Notes: generated by a model from the letters alone, not told the origin. Numbered from the stretch's first letter, positions 9,309-18,056 are shown. The stretch: DNA of 64,000 bases from an uncultured Clostridia bacterium (GCA_947598155.1 CANQFC010000005.1:81115-145114); one strand, 5' to 3'. Numbers and translations are program-made.

Positions 9309-9343
9309 GATATCTTTTTATAAGGTATCTTATAAGGTATCTT
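9293..9343. repeat. array of four 10-bp near-palindromic motifs AAG(A/G)TA(T/C)CTT between the convergent small genes
   Basis: Motifs at 9293, 9307, 9322 and 9334. The outer pair forms a perfect 12-bp inverted repeat, AGAAGATACCTT (9291..9302) / AAGGTATCTTCT (9334..9345). Confidence 0.7.
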
Positions 9344-9352
9344 CTTACTTGT

Positions 9353-9556
9353 TTATACATTTACTGATAATAGTATTTTTTTCGATGCCTCCGATAGATT
9401 TTCATAAAAAATAAATTCCATAATATAATCATTGTTTATTTTTTCTTGCTCTAACATTTTATAATATAAGGATAATAATTCCTCATATGAATTATATTCT
9501 TTATTTTTATATGCAGAATTGATTGCAGAAATTAAAACATTGCGTTTGATAGCCAT
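9353..9556 (-). CDS. small hypothetical protein (67 aa) coupled to the TIR gene
   Basis: The ATG lies 1 nt after the TIR gene stop, with GGAGG 9 nt upstream. Predicted to be helical and very AT-rich. Confidence 0.6.
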   Translation of the reverse strand: MAIKRNVLISAINSAYKNKEYNSYEELLSLYYKMLEQEKINNDYIMEFIFYENLSEASKKILLSVNV

Positions 9557-9557
9557 A

Positions 9558-10787
9558 TTATTCTTCCTCCGTATTCAAAATATCTTTTAAATTCCATTTA
9601 GGATTTAATTGCATTGAGGAAGATATATATTGAATCAAAAAATTTTCAATAAATCTATCAATTCTTAATACCAATAATGGAACAAGAAGCTCTCTGCTCT
9701 TATTTTTAGATTTATTTATAATTGAAATACACATAGAAATATCCATATCATAAAGTTTTGATATAGAATCAAAGGTAAATGTTATATAATCCCGTTTAAT
9801 TTGTTCATTGGCATGAGCCTTTTTATGTAAATCTTCATTATAACTTTTAACAACAGGCATACTTGTTTTTTGTGAACATTCTATCATTCCACCTTTTGCA
9901 GCAATAGGCCTTGTCGATAAATTTATAATTGGATAACCGATGTTGCTAAATTTAATATATTTATCATTTTTCTTAAATCTAAAATGAACACAAGTATCAT
10001 CTATCCCTACGAAATATTGTTGAATATATGAAAATATTTGAATTAAGTAACTTTCAAGATTATTTTTACCATATGCCATTAATGTGCCATTAGTTAATCT
10101 TGGTGAAGTTATTAATGTAGATAACATCTGTAATTGCTTGTTTGTTATTTCTTCTAATTTTAATATAAATTGCTGAATTTCATTTATATATAAAATTGTT
10201 TTATCAAATAAATTTTGTGTCAAACTAATTGATTTAAGATTTCCGTCTTTTATAATTGGGATTTTAACATCGGTTTTATTTGCCGTATTTTTAGTTTTTT
10301 TATTATTTACTTTACTTAAACTTTTATTATCATTGTTAAAGTATTCTTTAAACAAATTACTGATTCCTATAAAAGCATCAATATAACCTCTATCTTGTGG
10401 GCGAAATGATTTTATTGGTTTGCCATCAGTAGGAACAAATTTCAAACAATTAAACACATAATCCCCAGGTACAATATCTTTGCAGATAACCGGTATTACA
10501 ATACATTTTCCTTCTTTATGTCTTTTTATGGCATTTTCAAGTTCTATATCATAACAATATTTAGAAGCAATAAAATCTGGAGTAATAAGAAGAAAAATAA
10601 CATTAGAATCTTTAAGGTTTTTCAAAATTTCTTTATCTATATCACCACCAGGGTTTATCCTACCATCATACCATTGAGAAATATTATAAAGCCGTGATAG
10701 TGCATCTAAATGTGTTTTAAATCTATCACATATTGACTTATCTTTATGTGAATATGAAATAAAGCACTTGATATTATCATTTGACAT
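9558..10787 (-). CDS. TIR-domain protein with uncharacterised ~230-aa C-terminal region
   Basis: N-terminus CFISYSHKDKSICDRF...VIFLLITPDFIASKYCYDIELENAI matches the bacterial TIR_2 pattern, including the conserved Glu. GGAGG lies 6 nt upstream of the ATG. Confidence 0.8.
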   Translation of the reverse strand: MSNDNIKCFISYSHKDKSICDRFKTHLDALSRLYNISQWYDGRINPGGDIDKEILKNLKDSNVIFLLITPDFIASKYCYDIELENAIKRHKEGKCIVIPVICKDIVPGDYVFNCLKFVPTDGKPIKSFRPQDRGYIDAFIGISNLFKEYFNNDNKSLSKVNNKKTKNTANKTDVKIPIIKDGNLKSISLTQNLFDKTILYINEIQQFILKLEEITNKQLQMLSTLITSPRLTNGTLMAYGKNNLESYLIQIFSYIQQYFVGIDDTCVHFRFKKNDKYIKFSNIGYPIINLSTRPIAAKGGMIECSQKTSMPVVKSYNEDLHKKAHANEQIKRDYITFTFDSISKLYDMDISMCISIINKSKNKSRELLVPLLVLRIDRFIENFLIQYISSSMQLNPKWNLKDILNTEEE

Positions 10788-10962
10788 ATTTTACCTCCTT
10801 TTATGTTGTTAAATTATAACATAATATAATCATATATTCAATATTTATTACAAAAAAAATATAAAATAAACATGTCCAATCAATTTTGTAGGGAATAAAA
10901 TATAATATGTTACATTATTTAGGCTATCAAGTCTAACCGCAATTTGTACGATAATTAACTGT

Positions 10963-11502
10963 TTACCACTTATATCCGCAATGATTACATTTGAATTGTG
11001 ACCTTGCGGTTTTGCTTAACAAACCAAATGTTGCCGCTCCGATTACTTTTGAAGTGGTGGAAATCTTTTGGGTGTTTGTTGAGCCGCAGGTTGGGCATTT
11101 AATAGCTTTTTTCTGTCTTTCCCTCCATCTCTTATCAAGTTCTGCAATTTTAGTATTTAAGGGATTTATATAATCTGAATCCGAAGGAACAAAATCCATC
11201 TCATAACCAAGTTGACCAAAAGAGTGTTTAAGGTACTCCATGCTTTCAACTTCTATACCTTGCAATATTATATTTCCTTGGGTACTAAGTAATGTGCAAC
11301 CTTGTCCTTTTTCAACTTTAAACACATCTTCAAGGAAATCACTTGCACAACCCCTTTTAGGATTGGCACTTATAGTTTTTAAAACCATATCATATATACC
11401 AGAATTCGATACATAACTTTCTAAGGGGAAGCCACAGTGAATACATTGTTTGGATTTATCAGAAATCTCTTTTCCGCATTCAGGACAATTTATTAATGCC
11501 AT
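10963..11502 (-). CDS. double zinc-ribbon protein
   Basis: N-terminal CPECG...CIHCG and C-terminal CPTCG...CNHCG, with a short hydrophobic stretch between the latter pair. Start set at MALINCPECG with AGGAG 8 nt upstream. Confidence 0.65.
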   Translation of the reverse strand: MALINCPECGKEISDKSKQCIHCGFPLESYVSNSGIYDMVLKTISANPKRGCASDFLEDVFKVEKGQGCTLLSTQGNIILQGIEVESMEYLKHSFGQLGYEMDFVPSDSDYINPLNTKIAELDKRWRERQKKAIKCPTCGSTNTQKISTTSKVIGAATFGLLSKTARSQFKCNHCGYKW

Positions 11503-11554
11503 ATAATCATCTCCTTTGATACAGTATACCACAACTGTATTTTTAATTCAATAG

Positions 11555-12802
11555 TCTGCATATAAAGAATTAAAGGATGCGGATGGTTTTATTACTTCAA
11601 CAAAATCAGGTAAAATTAAAAAATTACTAAATGAAGCATTTAATCTTGATGACACCAGTAAAATATCGGGTAAAGTATTTAAAAACCTCTCAAACGGCGC
11701 AAAACAGTATGCGGCTTCATTAAAAGAAACCCACAACCCGATTAAAGCATTCAATGCTGGCTTATCCGCTATGAGTACAACGGCAAAAACACTATTAGGA
11801 ACATTTGCTATTGTAACCGCCGTAATTGCCGCCATTAAATTTGCCGAAAGTGCATATGACAAATCGCATGATAATTTAGATGACCTTTCTGAAAAAGGCA
11901 GTAAAATTTCAGAAGAACTTTCTAATGTAAAAAGTGATATTGATAAAATAGACGAACAAATTTCGGCATTGATTAAGCAAAGATTAAGTATCACGGATTC
12001 AAGTGATATTTCTACTTTAAATACACAAATTGAACTTTTAAAACAGCGGAAAGAACTCTTGGAGTGGCAATATGAAAATAAGAAAAGAGAAGCCGAAAAT
12101 AATGCCAAGGAAAAAATTGAGGGTACTAAAAACGACTCTGTCTATAACGGTGCTTCCTATATGGATGGCGAAAAAGGGAAATTATCAAAAGGCAAAAGAT
12201 TTTTCTATTTGATTGGTGGTGAACAAGCACCAACAACATATAGTGCAGAAGCATATGTAGATACATTAGAAAACAGACTTGCTTCCATTCATCCGGAAGA
12301 ATTAGAGAGTGTTTTATATAATCTTGAAGAAATATATAATACCTATGATGAAATTGTTCAAAATGACGATTTAATTGGAACAGAAACATATGATATTGCC
12401 ATCGAAAAGCAGAAACAAATTAATGAATTACTTCAAGAAACACAATATTTGCAAGAAGTTAGAAATGGATTAGATAAAGAATACATAAATGATGCGGATT
12501 TTTCAGATTATTTAGGTGGATATGTTCTTTATCAAAAGAACTTAAATTCCCTTATTCAAAAAGGTTATTCTAATGGAATAGTAACCTTAAAAGATGTAAA
12601 GAGTCAATTTGGAGACTATGCTTCTAATTTGGAAAATGAATTGGGTAAACAAGAAAGAACTCTTGAAGATTATGTTACTTGGTTAAATGCTGCTTCTGCT
12701 TCTCAAATTGAATTTCTTAATAGTTCAAATGTTAATAGTTCAGCAACCTCTTTTAAGAGTTATTCAAAGGCACTTAATGAATATAAAGATAACCTCGGAT
12801 TT
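11555..12802 (+). pseudogene. fragment of a phage tail tape-measure protein (truncated at both ends)
   Basis: The frame opens right after a stop with no start codon. It has a membrane-like segment TLLGTFAIVTAVIAAIKFAE followed by coiled-coil-like sequence. The reading frame then runs into a tRNA 3' fragment and non-coding repeats. Confidence 0.55.
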
Positions 12803-12826
12803 TTGGTGGAGACGGTCGGGATCGAA
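12803..12826. repeat. third, short copy of the tRNA-Ala 3' end
   Basis: TTGGTGGAGACGGTCGGGATCGAA is identical to 13084..13107 and 7657..7680. Confidence 0.8.
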
Positions 12827-13020
12827 GCTTCGCTTCGTTCGGTTGCTTCGCAACCCTTTCGCATTTTTATGTCCGCCTCGCTCTGCCTATCGGCAAACCG
12901 CTCGGCATGGACTAATTCGCTTCGCTTGCTTCGTTCGCTTGCTTCGCAACCCTTTCGCATTTTTATGTCCGCCTCGCTCTGCCTGTCGGCAAACCGCTCG
13001 GCATGGACTGTTCGGTTCGC
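12827..13020. repeat. two tandem copies of a ~96-bp unit
   Basis: GCTTCGCAACCCTTTCGCATTTTTATGTCCGCCTCGCTCTGCCT(A/G)TCGGCAAACCGCTCGGCATGGACT occurs at 12845..12913 and 12941..13009. Confidence 0.85.
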
Positions 13021-13048
13021 TCCCGACGTTATACTTTGCAAAATAAAC

Positions 13049-13160
<112 letters not shown>

Positions 13161-13776
13161 ATATCTTTATAAGCCTTAATTTTACTAAGGTTTTGGCTTG
13201 TTTTTTACATTCAATTTAAAATTACTTTCGGGGTAGTTTACCTGTTTGCTTGCGCTCCAAAGCTTAAGCTACGCCCCCAAGCGCAAAGATATAATATCAC
13301 AAAGTAAATAAAAACTCAACTGTTTTTTTCAAAAATATAAAAATATTTTCTCATCGTCGGAAAAATGCTTTTATCGGTAAGATTTTGATAAATTACATCG
13401 CAGTAAAAACAGAGAAAAAATCAGTAAGCTTTCGGCAAATTACAGCGCGTTAAAACAGCGACTTAAAGCAACGGAAAATATAAGGCGAGGTGAGCCGAAC
13501 CCGTGTCGGTTTTCAACGGCAGATTTGCGCCATGCTGTGTCACCGCCCCTTGACAATACGGCAGTATTATCTTCGGACGTTTCCTTGCCTTAATTCCAAT
13601 TTGAGTATAATATTTGTTTTTTCCCATTTCAACACTCGGCGGAATTTAAGCTCTGATTTATAAAAATATCAAAGAAATATGATGTATATTAAAAAATAAG
13701 ACGGCGGAATCCCGAAAACGGGCTTGAAAGGAACGGTATATAATGATACAATTACAGACGGAAGGCAAGTGTTTAT

Positions 13777-14241
13777 ATGCGCGTTTACGTTCAAAATTTT
13801 AACTCTCCGGTCGGCAATATCGTCGTAAAATCAAACGGTTTGGCGGTTACGGATATTTTTCTCGGCGAATATACGGATGAAAATCCCGATAAAATTACGG
13901 AAAAGGCCGTAAGTGAGCTGTCTTTGTATTTCGGCGGCAGGCTTACACGTTTTTCATTCCCAATTGAGCCGGTAGGAACGGATTTTCAAAAGAGAGTTTG
14001 GAAAATACTTACGGAAATTCCCTACGGAAAAACTCTTTCATACGGCGGCGTTGCTCAAAGGCTCGGCGGAAAGCGGTATTCACGGGCTGTCGGCGGGGCG
14101 GTTAATAAAAATCCTATTCTTATAGTAATTCCGTGCCACAGAGTGATAGGTTCCGACGGCTCGCTTACGGGCTTTGCGGGAGGAATTTCAGTTAAAAAAT
14201 ATCTATTAGATACGGAGAAAAACGATGATTTTCAGAAATAA
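13777..14241 (+). CDS. ogt: methylated-DNA--protein-cysteine methyltransferase
   Basis: Active-site motif IPCHRVIG and the surrounding MGMT DNA-binding domain pattern. Confidence 0.85.
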   Translation: MRVYVQNFNSPVGNIVVKSNGLAVTDIFLGEYTDENPDKITEKAVSELSLYFGGRLTRFSFPIEPVGTDFQKRVWKILTEIPYGKTLSYGGVAQRLGGKRYSRAVGGAVNKNPILIVIPCHRVIGSDGSLTGFAGGISVKKYLLDTEKNDDFQK

Positions 14242-14896
14242 ATCAGTTCCTTTTGAAATAATGTCAAAATATGACAACGTCAAAAACACAAAAAGAGCCA
14301 ATTACAAATTTTTAAACGAAACCGCCGCTCTACAAGGGCAAACCGTACTCGCCGGCGACTCGATAACTGAAATTTTTAATTGCTATGAGCTGTTTTATAA
14401 CTGGTCAAAGGCAAATAACTGCGCCGTCTATAACAGGGGAATAAGCGGCGACACCTCAAACAGACTCTCGGAGCGTTTTTATGACAATGTTCTGAATATT
14501 CGGCCGAAGAACATAATTCTGCTTATCGGCACGAATGATATAGGAATGGGCAGAAAGCCGGCCGACGCGGTCGAAAATATACGGGATATTCTGGAGCAAA
14601 TACGAAACTGTTCTGCTGACGCCAACGTTATACTTCAGGCGGTTTACCCTGTGAATAAGAAAATGTCGGCTGAATCGCGCTCAATGGTGGGCATTCGCAC
14701 AAACGGCAAAATTCGGGAAATGAACGCTCTTTTAAAGCCGCTTGCGAAGGATTTTTGCTGCGCTTGGCTCGACCTTACAGACGCGCTTTCCGATGAAAAC
14801 GGCGATTTAAATAAAAATTATTGCTATGACGGACTTCATTTGAACGCGAACGGGTTTAAAGTCGCCGCTGAAAACATTATACCGCTTTTGAAATAA
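14225..14896 (+). CDS. SGNH/GDSL-family hydrolase
   Basis: Blocks VLAGDSITE, GISGD, GTNDIG and DGLHLN. Confidence 0.75.
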   Translation: MIFRNKSVPFEIMSKYDNVKNTKRANYKFLNETAALQGQTVLAGDSITEIFNCYELFYNWSKANNCAVYNRGISGDTSNRLSERFYDNVLNIRPKNIILLIGTNDIGMGRKPADAVENIRDILEQIRNCSADANVILQAVYPVNKKMSAESRSMVGIRTNGKIREMNALLKPLAKDFCCAWLDLTDALSDENGDLNKNYCYDGLHLNANGFKVAAENIIPLLK

Positions 14897-14918
14897 AATC
14901 AGTCTCGGAGTGTTAATT

Positions 14919-15689
14919 ATGATTTACAAAATTTACAGTCAAAAAGAGATAGAGGAAAGACCGCAGAGAAATAATGTGATTTTGGAAAGCTATGTCATAG
15001 GCCAAAACGCTCCCACGGTTTTAATTTGCCCCGGAGGCGCATATAAATTTATATCAAACCATAACGAGGGCAAACCGTTTGCGGAAAAGCTGAATGCGCA
15101 CGGGTACAACGCTTTTGTGCTTTTTTATAGCGTGGGTTTCGGCAACGGCCGTTTTCCGTATCCGCTTCAGGACGTGGCAAGGGCTGCGCAGTTCATTAAA
15201 TCAAAGGCAAAGGAGCTTAATATAAACGCAGACGGAATTAGCCTTATGGGCAGCTCCGCCGGAGGGCATCTGTGCGCGTTTTTCGCTTCACAGTACAAGA
15301 ATTTTGAAGGGGAGTATAACGGAGAATTTTATTCGCTGAAACCGCAATCCCTTGTGCTTTGCTACCCGGTAATCACTATGCGTGAGCTTACGCACAAGCT
15401 TTCAAGATATATTTTTCTCGGATTTTTTTCCGGAAAAGCGGAACGTGAAAGGGCTTCGGTTGAGCTTAATATAACGGGCGATTATCCGCCTGCCTTTGTT
15501 TGGCACAATAAAGACGACGCTACCGTTGACGTGCGTAACAGTATAATGTTCCAAAAAGCGCTTGATGAAAAAGGCGTTAAAAATGAACTTCATTTATACG
15601 AAACGGGCGGTCACGGAATAGGATTGGCAAAGGGGAAAGAGGCCGAGGGATGGATTGAAAAAGCGATGGCGTTCCTTGACTCAATTTAA
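14919..15689 (+). CDS. alpha/beta hydrolase (esterase/lipase-like)
   Basis: Nucleophile elbow GSSAGGH and a C-terminal GGHG. Start set at the ATG with GGAG 8 nt upstream. Confidence 0.7.
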   Translation: MIYKIYSQKEIEERPQRNNVILESYVIGQNAPTVLICPGGAYKFISNHNEGKPFAEKLNAHGYNAFVLFYSVGFGNGRFPYPLQDVARAAQFIKSKAKELNINADGISLMGSSAGGHLCAFFASQYKNFEGEYNGEFYSLKPQSLVLCYPVITMRELTHKLSRYIFLGFFSGKAERERASVELNITGDYPPAFVWHNKDDATVDVRNSIMFQKALDEKGVKNELHLYETGGHGIGLAKGKEAEGWIEKAMAFLDSI

Positions 15690-15815
15690 ATAAAGGGCTT
15701 GCCAGTTATTAAACGCGGCAAGGCACGGCAACAGCCGCACAGAAAAATCAGAGTGGACAAAATCCCCACTGATTTCGAAATTGATAAATCCTGCGGAGCT
15801 TGATACAAAGCCGAG
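15681..15815 (-). repeat. dispersed ~140-bp structured intergenic repeat, reverse orientation, 5' part degenerate
   Basis: AATAAAGGGCTTGCCAGTTATTAAACGCGGCAAGGC...AATCAG...AAAATCCCCACTGATTTCGAAA matches the reverse complement of the 44641 unit. Confidence 0.6.
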
Positions 15816-15941
15816 GAAAACCACAAAGTGCGCCTTTGCGGTGTAAGTTTTACGCTTGCAGTGCAAAGTGTTTTTCGGGTGATGTGTAACGGCTGGGTTA
15901 TATACCCGCGCAATGAATAGGGATTTATAGGAGAAAATTAA

Positions 15942-16337
15942 ATGAAACGAGAACTGGGAATAGCACGCTGTGGACTGGCATGTTGCTTATGCAGCGAAAA
16001 TGAACATTGTAGCGGATGCAATTCGGGAGAATGCCCTGACAAGGACTGGTGCGAAAACAGAAAATGTTCTATTGAGAAAAAATATACACATTGTCATGAA
16101 TGTAAAGCTGAATGCAGAAAAGGCTTGCTGTCCAAAATAAAACCTTATGGGTTTACCTTGTTTATCAAAAGATACGGAGAGAAAGAACTTTTAGACTGCC
16201 TTGAACGGAATGAAAAAGCAGGCGTTGTTTATCATCGAGAAGGAATTTATGGCGATTATGATGACTTTCATGATGTGGAGGAACTAATCGAATTTATTAA
16301 AACGGGGAAAAAGAATTTCCTGTTTACCAAAATATAA
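15942..16337 (+). CDS. DUF3795-like Cys-rich protein
   Basis: N-terminal CGLACCLCSENEHCSGCNSGEC pattern. Confidence 0.6.
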   Translation: MKRELGIARCGLACCLCSENEHCSGCNSGECPDKDWCENRKCSIEKKYTHCHECKAECRKGLLSKIKPYGFTLFIKRYGEKELLDCLERNEKAGVVYHREGIYGDYDDFHDVEELIEFIKTGKKNFLFTKI

Positions 16338-16484
16338 AGATTTTTTCCTGTTGTATCAAAATCAACAGGAACATAGAATCTGTCGCTTGCAGAGTCGGGG
16401 ACAGCTTGTATAAGTTATTAAAGATAAATTTTTGTAAAAAGACTTGATTTATTTTTTAAAATGTATTATAATTTTTAGGCACTA

Positions 16485-16561
16485 CGGGGTGTGGCGAAGT
16501 TTGGTATCGCGCTTGGTTCGGGACCAAGAGGCCGGAGGTTCAAGTCCTCTCACTCCGACCA
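16485..16561 (+). tRNA. tRNA-Pro (anticodon CGG)
   Basis: 77-nt cloverleaf folded by hand: C1:G72 acceptor CGGGGTG/CACTCCG, anticodon loop UUCGGGA, T-loop TTCAAGT, encoded CCA. Confidence 0.85.
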
Positions 16562-16565
16562 TCGT

Positions 16566-16600
16566 CGTCGCAAGCTGCATATCGCTTGCGACGGTTTTTT
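16566..16600 (+). terminator. rho-independent terminator after tRNA-Pro
   Basis: 10-bp perfect stem CGTCGCAAGC/GCTTGCGACG with an 8-nt loop, followed by T6. Confidence 0.75.
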
Positions 16601-16678
16601 ATATCTGCGGCAAAAAACGACTTGCACTCATTCTGCTGCTCCGCCATCTTGCTGTGCCCGAAAAAGCAATTGGGCGCT

Positions 16679-16706
16679 TTACAAGCCAAAATTTTTATGC
16701 TATAAT
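16679..16706 (+). promoter_or_regulatory. sigma-70-type promoter candidate for the first glycosyltransferase gene
   Basis: TTACAA - 16 nt - TATAAT with TG at the extended -10 position. Confidence 0.4.
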
Positions 16707-16819
16707 TTTTTAAAAAAGGGAGTCGTATGGAAACCTCAAAAAAAGGAACCGCACGGGTTTTCAAAGAGGTTAAAAAAGCAAGAAACTACGTTATATAGGA
16801 ATGGAGGTTTTGCTGTAAA

Positions 16820-17719
16820 ATGGAAAAAAATATGCCATTGATTACAATATTCACCCCGGCATATAACCGCGCATATACATTGCCAAGGACATATGAGTCG
16901 TTGCTGAAACAAGATTGCAAGGACTTTTTGTGGCTTGTAGTTGACGACGGCTCCACCGACAATACGGCGGAGCTCGTTAAGGATTGGCAAAGCCGGGACA
17001 ATGGGTTTGAAATTCGATATATATACAAAGAAAACGGCGGTATGCACACGGCACACAACACGGCTTATGAAAACATAGACACGCAGCTTAATGTGTGCAT
17101 TGACTCCGACGACCGTTTGGCGGACGGAGCGGTAAGTAAAATTAAGCAAAAATGGAACGAGATAAAGGATAAAGGCTACGCCGGGATTGTAGGACTTGAC
17201 GCCGATATGAACACCGGCAAGATAATCGGCAATGGCTTTCCCGATGGGCTTATTGAAACCACCCTTAACGGATATTACGCCGCAGGCGGTAGGGGCGATA
17301 AAAAGCTTATCTACCGCACCGATGTTGTTAAGAAATATCCGCCTTATCCCGTATTTTCGGAAGAGCGCTTTGTGCCGCTTGACTGCTTATATTTGATGAT
17401 CGATCAAGATTATAAGCTGGCGGTTTTGGACGATATTTTATGTGATGTCGAATACTTAGAAGACGGCTCTACGAAAAATATGTTTCGGCAATATATGCGC
17501 AACCCTAAAGGATTTGCTTACAGCCGAAAACTGGCGATGCATTATCCGCAGTCAAAAAAGCGGTTGCTTATGAATTGTATCCATTATGTTTCAAGCAGTA
17601 TTATCAGTCGTAACAGGCATTTTATATCAGAATCACCGAAAAAGGCATTGACTGTTTTGGCAATCCCGTTCGGAGCGGCACTGACGTGGTATATACGGTA
17701 TAAGGTAAAAAATGCTTGA
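16820..17719 (+). CDS. family 2 glycosyltransferase
   Basis: ITIFTPAYNRAYTLPRTYESLLKQ...WLVVDDGSTDNT...DSDD motifs. Confidence 0.8.
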   Translation: MEKNMPLITIFTPAYNRAYTLPRTYESLLKQDCKDFLWLVVDDGSTDNTAELVKDWQSRDNGFEIRYIYKENGGMHTAHNTAYENIDTQLNVCIDSDDRLADGAVSKIKQKWNEIKDKGYAGIVGLDADMNTGKIIGNGFPDGLIETTLNGYYAAGGRGDKKLIYRTDVVKKYPPYPVFSEERFVPLDCLYLMIDQDYKLAVLDDILCDVEYLEDGSTKNMFRQYMRNPKGFAYSRKLAMHYPQSKKRLLMNCIHYVSSSIISRNRHFISESPKKALTVLAIPFGAALTWYIRYKVKNA

Positions 17720-17947
17720 TAAAAGTGAGAATGGAGCATTACGCTTGAGGATTTAAGGAAACCACAGAAAATCCACTATTTTTATTATGCAAAAAGGGCT
17801 TAAAGCATTAACGGACGATGAAATACGCTTTTATCACAAACAAAGCCTTAAGGACAAAATCCTTGTTTACCTAAAATTTCCTCTGATTTAAGTTAAAACC
17901 TTAGTTATATACATAAATAAATACAAAAAAATTTTTCAAAAAATAAA

Positions 17948-17979
17948 GCGCCGATTTTAATAAGAAACGGCGTTTTTTT
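17948..17979 (+). terminator. rho-independent terminator-like hairpin
   Basis: Stem GCGCCG/CGGCGT with a 14-nt loop, followed by T7. Confidence 0.45.
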
Positions 17980-18056
17980 GTTTATTAAATTTGCTTTTTT
18001 GCTCTCTTTTGGCACTTGTTGGTCCTTGAAACATACACTGCAATGTGTTAATATTA

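Larger units (their letters stand above)
7717..13048. mobile_element. decayed integrative island / prophage remnant inserted at the 3' end of tRNA-Ala(GGC)
   Basis: Bounded by the ~95-bp direct repeats. Contains tape-measure gene fragments and an AT-rich cassette. No integrase ORF is present. Confidence 0.65.

Noticed and set aside
9558-10787. Classification of the TIR gene as Thoeris ThsB
   Set aside because: No ThsA-type (SIR2, Macro or TM plus SLOG) gene is present anywhere in the island, and the protein carries a large extra C-terminal region. It is therefore reported as unclassified.
8611-11554. Idea that the insert in the tape-measure gene is a group I or group II intron, or a retron
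   Set aside because: There is no reverse transcriptase or homing-endonuclease ORF, and I found no domain V-like GAGC...GAAA...GGTTC motif or GUGYG 5' end at the junction. The genes in the insert are on the opposite strand.
11548-12108. 186-aa minus-strand ORF
   Set aside because: It is antisense to the tape-measure fragment, is Ser/Leu/Ile-rich low-complexity sequence, and has no RBS. This is the typical shadow ORF of an AT-rich coding region.
13200-13280. Second tRNA-like sequence (GGGGGCGTAGCTTAAGCTTTGGAGCGC on the minus strand)
   Set aside because: Only the acceptor 5' strand and the D-arm are recognisable. No anticodon or T-arm follows, so this is a fragment and not a gene.
16444-16841. 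89- and 116-aa plus-strand ORFs and a 74-aa minus-strand ORF
   Set aside because: They overlap tRNA-Pro, its terminator and the promoter region. A 23-codon ORF at 16727..16798 with a GGGAG RBS was also seen, but there is no supporting evidence for it.
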